Source of the DNA: Octopus sinensis
Taxonomy: Eukaryota
Assembly (NCBI RefSeq): GCF_006345805.1
Contig: NC_043004.1
Location: forward strand, 94,178,001 to 94,242,000
Direction: 5' to 3'
DNA: 64,000 bases
The notes under the pieces are model-generated. The model was not told where the DNA came from, ran no database searches, and worked only from the letters and a program-made list of their open reading frames with translations. The position numbers were made by a program, and so were the translations under genes. Positions 54,581-64,000 of this stretch are shown here, in pieces (within the stretch, counting starts at the first letter, position 1; every line of letters begins with the position of its first letter).

Positions 54581-54712
54581 TTAACTCTCAGTCAGTATAA
54601 ATGCTTTTTCACCATAAAAATTCATGGATGATTTAGCGAAGATTTTTATGGTGAAAACATATATACTGACGGAGAATTAAGTCGGAAATCTGCCGAAGTC
54701 GAACCCAGTCCT

Positions 54713-54912
54713 TGCTGTGGCCATGCTGGAGCACTGCCTTTAGTCGAGCAAATCGACCCCAGAACTTATTCTTTGTAAGCCTAGTACTTATTCTATCGGA
54801 CTCTTTTGCTGAACCGACAAGCTACGGGGACGTAAACACACCAGCATCGGTTGTCAAGCGTCGTTGGGGGGACAAACACAGACACACAAACATATAAACA
54901 CACACACACACA

Positions 54913-54991
<79 letters not shown>

Positions 54992-55157
54992 CATATATAC
55001 GACGGGCTTCTTTCAGTTTCCGTCTACCAAATCCACTCACAAGGCTTTGGTCGGCCCGAGGCTATAGACATTTGTCCAAGGTGCCACGCAGTGGGACTGA
55101 ACCCGGAACCATGTGGTTGGTAAGCAAGCTACTTACCTCACAGTCACTCCTACGCCT
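54713..55157 (-). mobile_element. SINE family 2 lacking its extreme 3' tail
   Basis: Same motifs. The tail is replaced by the hairpin/ribozyme segment. Confidence 0.88.
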
Positions 55158-55161
55158 ATGC

Positions 55162-55230
<69 letters not shown>

Positions 55231-55590
55231 CGTGTGTGCGAGTGTGTGTAGGTATGTATATGTATATATATATAAGAATTTCACTTAAAACTCATCGCGT
55301 ATGAGTTATTGTAACCATTTAAAACAAAACTCTACTACACACACTTCTGTGTATTTCTTAATAATTCCTACTTAATTCAAAGATCTCAAAGATTTGTGGC
55401 ACCGTCTCCGGCATCTCCTGATCACTGACACAGTCCTACACTTGAGATGTAGTGGAGTCTTGTCAGTGGTCACTTATGTGTTTTTAACTTCTAGTTACTT
55501 TTCCTTAACCGAATTGCTTCAGTTTCAACACTTGTTCTGAGACCAAGTCACTTGTCAACCAAATAGGATATTATATTTGCGTGTAGTACA

Positions 55591-55628
<38 letters not shown>

Positions 55629-56555
55629 ATGTGCTTGAATTGTTAGAGTCGTGAAACTTAGAAACGCATTCATCATGGAACATCACTGATTATTCGATGT
55701 GTTCTGTTTTATGTCCATAAGGTGTGACTTGAGAGAAATTTGGCTGCTATTTCTACCAGGCCGAGTGATCGAATATAAGCTTCCTCGTTGTCATGACCAA
55801 TATAGTATGTGTGGATGTGTGGATGTAGACGTGTTTATGTGAATGTATGCTTTTTTTTGTTTTTTGTTTTTTTGCTGTCTGCACGTTCGAATACTATTGT
55901 ACATGCTTGATATTTTTCTTCTGAATTTCACTGCAGTGTGTGCTTAATTTTAAAAAAAAATTTTTTAATTTGTTTTCCTTATACAAATTTGTTTCGGTTT
56001 TAGTTGGCTCATGTTCTTTGTGCCGGGAAATTCTGGTATTTCGCATGAATTCGTAATAGTAATCTTCATAACAAAATCAATAATAATCACCAGCTGCTTC
56101 TGCGTCTGATTTGAAAGTCACTGAAAATATATATATATTCCTTCATCAGAATGTAAACGAAGACGTTACACAATCCGAAATACCACAACTTTAGATTGGA
56201 AGAGCACGCAACCGCAATAATGATGGCGTTTAACTTTAATGTTTCTTGGTTTCACAGTCTGGAGAGTTCTCCTCCGTCGCTTTACAAATAACTTTGTCTC
56301 CAGTATGAAATAACAGATTTGTGTAATTCGAGATGTGTGTTACCACACTTACTGCTGAATATTTGTTGTGACTGCTTTGTTAATTACAGTAAAGGCGGAA
56401 GATGAGATGTGGTATTTGCTTCCACGTTTTGAGTTCAAGTTCCGCACGATATCCATTTAGTTCTTCATTCTTGCTGAGTGTATAGAATAAGTACCCGTCA
56501 AGAATTGGAGCGATTAAATTCACTATACAAACGTTTCTGAAACTGACCATATATA

Positions 56556-56775
56556 TACTCTTTTACTCTTTTACTTGTTTCAGTCATTTGACTGCGGCCA
56601 TGCTGGAGCACCGCCTTTAATCGAGCAACTCGACCCCGGAGCTTATTCTTTTGTAAGCCCAGTACTTATTCCATCGGTCTCTTTTGCCGAACCGCTAAGT
56701 TACCGGGACATAAACACACCAGCATTGGTTGTCAAGCAATGCTAGGGGACAAACACAGACACACAAACACACACA

Positions 56776-56837
<62 letters not shown>

Positions 56838-57197
56838 TACGACGGGCTTCTTTCAGTTTCCGTCTACTAAATCCACTCACAAGGCTTTGGTCGGCCCGAG
56901 GCTATAGTAGAAGACACTTGCCCAAGGTGCCACGCAGTGGGACTGAACCCGGAACCATGTGGTTGGTAGACAAGCTACTTACCTATTTCTTTATTACCCA
57001 CAAGGGGCTAAACACAGAGGGGACAAACAAGGACAGACATAGGTATTAAGTCGATTACATCGACCCCAGTGCGTAACCGGTACTTAATTTATCGACCCCG
57101 AAAGGATGAAAGGCAAAGTCGACCTCGGCGGAATTTGAACTCACAACGTAACGACAAAACCAGACAAGCTACTTACCACACAGCCACTCCTGCACCT
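56556..57197 (-). mobile_element. SINE family 2 with a SINE family 1 copy (56985-57160) nested near its head
   Basis: GACAAGCTACTTACC is duplicated at ~56969 and ~57163 around the insert. Confidence 0.88.
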
Positions 57198-57419
57198 ATA
57201 TGTGAAATTCTTTCTTATATAAGTGAAATTCTTTCAGCTTCATTCTTTCCTTTAAGAATGTGAACACAAAAAGAAACTTTGCATGGTTCTCGAATAAGAA
57301 TTTTATCCTACCTAAATTAGAAGAGCATTTTGGTTATTATTATGGCTCTGAGGTGGCATAACCAGGAGAGAAAATAACAAAATGATTTGCTAAATTTAGT
57401 CATTTAGCAAATCCTGCAA

Positions 57420-57835
57420 GGCGCAGGAGTGGCTGTGTGATAAGTAGCTTGCTTACGAACCACATGGTTCCGGGTTCAGTCCCACTGCGTGGCATCTTGG
57501 GCAAGTGTCTTCTACTATAGCCCCGGGCCGACCAAAGCCTTGTGAGTGGATTTGGTAGACGGAAACTGAAAGAAGCCCGTCGTATATATGTATATATATA
57601 TATATGTATGTGTGTGTTTGTGTGTATGTGTGTTTGTCCCCCTAGCATTGCTTGACAACCGATGCTGGTGTGTTTACGTCCCCGTCACTTAGCGGTTCGG
57701 CAAAAGAGACCGATAGAATAAGTACTGGGCTTACAAAGAATAAGTCCCGGGGTTGATTTGCTCGACTAAAGGCGGTGCTCCAGCATGGCCGCAGTCAAAT
57801 GACTGAAACAAGTAAAAGAGTAAAAGAGTAAGAGT
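57420..57835 (+). mobile_element. SINE family 2, full length
   Basis: GCGCAGGAGTGGCTGTGTG head through the (AGTAAAAG)n tail. Confidence 0.93.
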
Positions 57836-58254
57836 ATACCCTTTCATGCTCTAATTTCAAATCCCCGAAAAAAAAATTACGTTCAGTATTTAATATTATC
57901 TTTTTACTTTCGCAGTTAAAACCTCGCAAGAGGTTAACATCATTCAGTTTTGATGTTCTTGAGTTCGACAGAATAAGACATCGTGGTCAAATTGCTTGGA
58001 GTTATAACACGATGCGGACAAACAAGTGTTTCGTTTTTCGTCCTTCTTTTAAGCAAAAATAAATGTTACTTATCGAATTTTTCATAAATAACTGTAAGCT
58101 TTTTCTTATCTATCTATCTATCTACACTTCATATTGACATTTCTGTGATTACGATCCCTATTGATCAACTTTTTTTTCCTCTCCCCTTTTCTTTTTTTTC
58201 CTCTCCCCCCCTTTTTTAAAAATCCTCCCCTTTTTTGTCCTCTTTCTTTCCTTT

Positions 58255-58398
58255 TACGATCCCTTTTGATCGAAAACCAACCCCCTTTTTTTTAACCCCA
58301 AAAGAAAAGCTCTACCTTGTAATTTGTTCTGTCTGTGTGCAGCCCTGTGTGGCTAATAAAGATAACCTATCTATCTTTATTCTTTCTTTCTTCTTTCT

Positions 58399-58441
<43 letters not shown>

Positions 58442-58712
58442 CTCTCTCTCTCTCTCTCTCTTCTCTCACCCTCTCCTTCTCTTGAGTGGATCAGAGCAGA
58501 CAAACTTGATAAGACAGCAAAAACCAGGCAAAACTGCTCGATTTGTTCTTCGATCTGTTCTGTGTCTTAGACAAAGTCTACTGAAAACGTGGAGCTAAAT
58601 TTATGTTTCATAAGCCTTCGCATGTAAACCTACTCCTCATTATTGATACCTTCACACATTGCCTCAATTCTTTACTTGAACAACATGTGTGTGAGTGTGC
58701 GCACGCGAGCTT

Positions 58713-58757
<45 letters not shown>

Positions 58758-58980
58758 TACAATATCTGTTCTGTAATAGTTGAACGGACACTCCCTTTGT
58801 AAATGCTGTGAACCCAGTGAATGGAAATCACATAGCTCAAGATTTGATCCTATGCCTTGGTCAACTATCTTCTCCCTTTTGATCGAAAATCAAACCCCCC
58901 TTTTTATCCTCAAAAGAAAAGCTCTACCTTGTAATTTGTCCTGCCTGTGTGCAGCCCTGTGTGGCTAATAAAGAAACATA
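58255..58980 (+). repeat. Two copies of a ~115-bp SINE-tail-like repeat (58255-58370 and 58868-58980)
   Basis: CCCTTTTGATCGAAAA...AAAGCTCTACCTTGTAATTTG...GCCCTGTGTGGCTAATAAAGA. Confidence 0.7.
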
Positions 58981-59065
58981 TCTTCTACTATATCCTCAGG
59001 TTGACCAATTCTTTATAAGTGAAATTTTGTTGACAAATTTCTCCGTGGAACCACGTCTATATATG

Positions 59066-59098
<33 letters not shown>

Positions 59099-59238
59099 AT
59101 ATATAATATATATATTTATATATATATAATATATATATAATATTATATATATATATACATAGTTTAATTTTGCGTTCAGGTAATATCGACAACAGTTACT
59201 CCATCTGGTGAGAGATAAATATAGTTTAATATGCACAA

Positions 59239-59383
59239 TATATAGTTATGAGCTACTAATACTTTTGCAGATTGAAGATCTAATCTAGGAAGGTTTAAAA
59301 TACGCCTAGTGTCTCCAAGTAATCTCCAGGCTCTGGGCCCAGATTTTCAAAGTATGAAACTGTTAGTAGCTCATAACTATATA
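59239..59383. repeat. Small MITE-like inverted repeat
   Basis: TATAGTTATGAGCTACTAA / TTAGTAGCTCATAACTATA, perfect 19 bp. Confidence 0.7.
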
Positions 59384-59419
59384 CTGTGTGTATCAAACAA
59401 TACATAAATATGTATGTAT

Positions 59420-59600
59420 ATATATACATATATATATATACTTTTTTTAAAAACATATATATCCGACGAACGGGAACGTGGAACTCCGAGTAACAGCTTT
59501 TGTTAAATTTCTGCTGCTTTTAAATAAAGCATATTAATCTACCTCTGGTATTTGAGTACTCTTTTTTTCCACCTTGTTTCACATTTATGTGTTTACTCCG
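59420..59600 (+). mobile_element. Penelope-like fragment of the same family as 51625-51870, with a degenerate hammerhead (59463-59497)
   Basis: CCGACGA-ACG-GGAA-CGT-GGAA-CTCCGAGTAACAG...TCTACCTCTGGTATTTGAGTACT. Confidence 0.6.
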
Positions 59601-59637
59601 GTATATATATATATATATATATGTACATTTACATATG

Positions 59638-59704
<67 letters not shown>

Positions 59705-60000
59705 GCAGAGAGAGAGAAAAAGAGAGAGGAAGGAGAGAAAGAGAATGTGAGGGAGAGAGGAAGAGAGAGAGAGGCCAATGGTATAAGCAATAGAAAAAAG
59801 ACGAGAAATGGGTGCAATTGGAGCGGAATCCTTAGGGTTATTTTGTTCTGCACCAAGTGACAGATAAATCCTTGTTGCTCTCGCTAACGTAAATGCAACA
59901 AACCTGTTACTCTCCCATTTCATGGGAACCTGCAACAAACTACAGTATAATTCACTAATTCAGCTGTAAAAAATTTCATTTAATATGGCTGACAACAAAG

Positions 60001-60180
60001 GCGGCGAGTTGGCAGAATCGTTAGCACGCCAGGCGAAATGCCGCTAGCGTTTTGTCCGTGTTTACGTTCTAAGCTCAGATGCCGCCAATGTCGTCATTGC
60101 TTTTCATAACATTATGGACGATTTAATCGACTTAGCCAGCCCCCCAAAACTGCTGGCCTTGTGTCATAGTTTGAAGCCAG
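60001..60180 (+). mobile_element. Degenerate SINE family 1
   Basis: GCGGCGAGTTGGCAGAATCGTTAGCACGCC head. Confidence 0.8.
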
Positions 60181-60719
60181 TGTGTCTGGGAACTAATGAG
60201 TTCGAAAATCTTTATAAATAACTATCTCAAAAAACCGCACTTCTTGCGGACTTTTAGGCTAGCTCATACGTAGGGCTAATTGGGCCGACGACCCAAAACT
60301 AAAGACAAATAAATAGCATAACTATGATACGTCTATAATGACTATATGCCTCGGTGGTGCTTCATCAAAGGTTAAGGACGGATATGAATTAATTCTGTCA
60401 TGCAATCATTCTATTTGTTCCAGTCCAAAGTCGAATTCCAACAGTAGGCCAATTAGTCCCAAAGTTCTTATCTCGACGTAAAATTAACGAAACGAATGTC
60501 ATTCATCATCCCCTTGATCTCTGACGTCAATTGACAAAAGCCAACCAAGATGTCGTGAATCAGCCAAGTTTTACCTGTTAGAAATATCAAGGAAATGCTT
60601 GTAACTCACATCCTAATGCTGGATGTTCAAGAACTAAATGAAGGGCAGATTTTCAATCCTGGGATCATCGTGATTCAAAAAAGGTGTAATATGTCTGTAT
60701 AGAGCAAATGTAGACCGAG

Positions 60720-60769
60720 ATACAGAGGTCCCAGACGGACAGACAGAATTTCGGCTTTATTAATATAGA
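60720..60769 (-). mobile_element. Putative Helitron-like 5' terminus
   Basis: A|TCTATATTAATAAAG followed by CTGT repeats, as in non-autonomous Helitron 5' ends. 3' end not confidently found. Confidence 0.4.
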
Positions 60770-61542
60770 TAAATTGTAATCTAAAATGCATCTCTGGAGT
60801 GTTAAGAAATCATTATTTCTTACTGCCAAAGTGCTGATAACGCTTCAGTCCTTATACCGTATTTATGTTTGTTGACACACAGAAGTTGCTCAAATGGACT
60901 CGTCGCTTGACACCTGAAACCGGTCTCCATGAGACGGGTCCAGAAGACTTCGTTATCTCGACATGAGGAGGATGGCGTAAACAGATGGATTCTGAACACA
61001 GAACAGCAAAAATCCATGTATCCCGTTCGATACTCTTAACACTTCTAACTAAACACAACCCTTCTAAAGTGCCAAACAACAACAAAAACAGCCGCAGTAA
61101 CAACAACACAACAACAACAACGACGACGACGACGATAACAAAAAAAAAACAACAACTGCATTCTGCTGAATGTTGAGTCTGAAGAACTGGATGAATTTGT
61201 AATGAATTTTTTTTTTTTGAAATTCCAGGAATTTCAATAATTTCATTTTAAGCATTATGTATATATAAAAACAAAACAGAATAAAGGTGCGCACTAACAT
61301 ACTCAAACACACACACACACATATACACATTCATTTATTTATTTACACAATCACAATTTTACACAACGAACGCCCAGTATAGAAATACTATACTCGGACA
61401 GAAAATATGTGCATGCAAATATCTGTGTGTATTGGATATCAAGTTTTGTTATTAACTCAAACAAAATACATCCAATACATGTTTAATAAAACACGTGAAC
61501 ACTGATACCCACACATGTATGCATACATGCATATATACATAG

Positions 61543-61611
<69 letters not shown>

Positions 61612-62010
61612 CGTATATATATACACACACGCACATGCACACACAATATTCACACAGATCTTTCGTGTATGTGTGTGTGTGTGTTGTGTGTGTGTGTGTG
61701 AATGTAATGTTTGTATGTATGTTTTCACTCATATATACATACAGACGTACAAACATATATATATACAGTCATACACGTACGCGTATGTTTTGGAGTGGGT
61801 ATGTGTGTGTGTGTGTGTGTGTGTGTGTTCTGTGTGTGCGTGCGTGTGCTGTGTATGGGTGTATGAAAAAATATATACAATATTTAATAAACATGCTTAG
61901 TCTCTGTGAAAATATAACAAGTGATTTATTCTCAGATCGTATTATCATAGAGCGATAATGATACATAGAACTGAAATATATTACTTCCTCATACATATGT
62001 ATTCAAAATA

Positions 62011-62474
62011 CAGTCGTCGCCGACTTACGACCACAATTAGTTCTGACTGACTGGTCGTAAGTCGATTTGGGCGTAAGTCGGCCTTTAGACCTACATAGCT
62101 TTGTTTTATATTTTTACGTTCTTAAGGCACATTCTCAGGTAAAAGTCACACACAACATACTTGTATTATACTATTATACTGGCGTTGTCAAAAATTTCAG
62201 AGTCTCAAGCAGCCGTCTTATAAATAAATACGAGGTTGCCTCGATGTCTCCGCGACAGGAGAATGATAGGTTCCAACACAGTGGCGATCGATAACAAAAT
62301 CTAAGGGAAGCGTTTGTCGGCTGACATCAACTGTAGACAGGTTAATTTCTAAGAAATGAAACCCATTAGATTCCAACGGAACTATTTATTATTGCTGCCG
62401 GGATCTGGGGCGCCAATGGTCGTAAAGTCGAGTTTGGTCATGAGTTGGATAGGTCGTAAGTCAGCGATGACATG
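62011..62474. mobile_element. Tigger/pogo-like MITE with TA TSD
   Basis: TA|CAGTCGTCGCCGACTTACGACC ... GGTCGTAAGTCAGCGATGACATG|TA, with internal GTCGTAAGTCG-like subrepeats. Confidence 0.8.
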
Positions 62475-63468
62475 TAACAGAATAAAGAGGAGATTACTCT
62501 GTATTTACAAACCAGAGAGTTGAACTCTTTTGTCCCCTCGATAAATGAATGTTCAAAAGGACAACTTAAAGAAAAACCATTTGTGTGCAGCTTCAAAGCT
62601 AAAATCTTCCAGTAACACCGTCTGCCTTTCCTCGTTGACGCTTTCGTCTTCTCGACTGGACTTATGAAGTGTAACGGTGTTGGTATTAGTGTACTGGTTT
62701 TCTGAACAACCTGCACGATGAGTATTGTCATAGTAGGCTTGGTTTGTGTAGAGCCAGTTGCACTTTCTCATTTTTCAAGCTTGTTTTGGTTTGGTGCAAC
62801 AAGTGCCATGAGCCCAGCAGGTAACAGGATGCAAGCTTTGTATGAAATTACTGTCTCTTAGATTAACAGTTAAAGAACTGAACGGCATCATGTGTCTTTG
62901 GTGCGTTAGGGTCCTGTGAATGAATTTCTTCCAGAGACAATTCCGTGACCTGCTAATTGTCCCATAGCTGGGACCCTGGCAGGTGCTACTACTCCGTGTT
63001 AGAGTAGCCCTGAGAACAATGCGGTTATGAAGTGGTTCCACACTCCTCAAAACCCTGGAACTTCTGAACCAGGGCCCCACTACTGGATGCAGTTTCATTC
63101 ATATCTAGGACAGACAAATCAGAGTAATCCTAGTATTACAATTAGAATTTGCATTCATCGCAGGTGTTGAGTTGGTTTTCCCTCATTTATAAATGTATGA
63201 GTGTATTTGTGTGCATGTGTATTGCAATATATATGTTTAAGTATAGATGGATATATTGGTTTTTGTATTTAGCACTATTGTTTTCTCTGTTGCTGCTATA
63301 TATGTTGAGCAGCGGAATACAGAAATTTTCGTCCTTCAGCTTTAACTTCAGATTTATAGTATTCTGTTCTGTTTCGTTTATACAATGCATTCCTCGCCTT
63401 GCATTTAAACATAAGATTTTCAAATTTATAGTAGGGAAAATAAATATGATATGCTTTGCCCGACACAG

Positions 63469-63495
63469 AAACTGCAGGAGCAACTCAGAGGTTTT
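63469..63495 (+). CDS. Isolated candidate 27-nt exon (KLQEQLRGF)
   Basis: tgctttgcccgacacag|...TTT|gtaagc: good splice sites and frame-preserving length. Confidence 0.3.
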
Positions 63496-63636
63496 GTAAG
63501 CTCTTCTGAATCCATCGCAATGTTGAAAGCACTTCTGTATCAACAGCAAGTATCTTAGAATTACAAGTGTTCGCCTTTAAATCTGTGCGCTTCGTCTGAA
63601 TAGAGCAGCCAGAGGAATTAGTCTTCGACTACGGTC

Positions 63637-63843
63637 TCTTATCAAGCATAGCCATTTTGAGCTGGTTTCGACTGCCGTGTCTATTTCCTGGGTAGCTTTC
63701 TTCACTTGTTTAGGTTTCAGACCAATCTTCTGGAAATGGTGCGCCGATGTAGCTGGAAAACCGCGGCAGCCGACTTCAACAGTGAATGAGGCCATCCCTT
63801 GACAGGAACTCTGTTGGACTCTTTCCAAACACAGATACACATA
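63637..63843 (-). pseudogene. Restriction-like endonuclease C-terminus of a HERO/NeSL-type non-LTR retrotransposon
   Basis: Y..L..E..Q..C.G....TVEVGCRGF...S...F..IGL.......AT.....A.E.SSKWL..IR pattern. Confidence 0.65.
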
Positions 63844-64000
63844 CGTCAAGTAGGAACTACCACACAGAAGCAAGCGTACAACAGACAAGCTCGTACACAC
63901 ACATACACAGATCCTGTCATTCCCACCAGTTATAGGTATCTATATCCTTTTTTTAGCTATCATTGATAATTAAATTTCAAATTTAAACTACCTCTAAGAA

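Overview
AT-rich, repeat-saturated eukaryotic DNA, most likely octopus (inferred from the SINE families and the dense TA/TG/trinucleotide microsatellites). There is no long intact ORF, and nearly all ORFs in the supplied track are microsatellite artefacts. The window holds about 40 copies or fragments of four tRNA-headed SINE families, dead mariner and Tc1 transposases, several TA-flanked MITEs, a young CR1/L2-type LINE 3' end, Penelope-like and HERO-like fragments, Helitron-like termini, and a 100-N gap flanked by a probably artefactual duplication. Three things stand out. (1) A structurally complete type-I hammerhead ribozyme on the minus strand (54510-54580), fused to a ~108-nt near-perfect hairpin, plus several minimal or variant hammerheads, one with a G3:C8 compensatory core. 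(2) A chain of very short plus-strand exons (43, 27, 19, 9 and 16 nt) that splice in frame to a C-terminus ending in a PDZ-type ...DSHV*, with a possible alternative last exon ending ...GYNKLVR*. (3) An RFX X-box/ETS composite site and an element with an interstitial telomeric-repeat core. All calls were made by eye and none was checked against a database.
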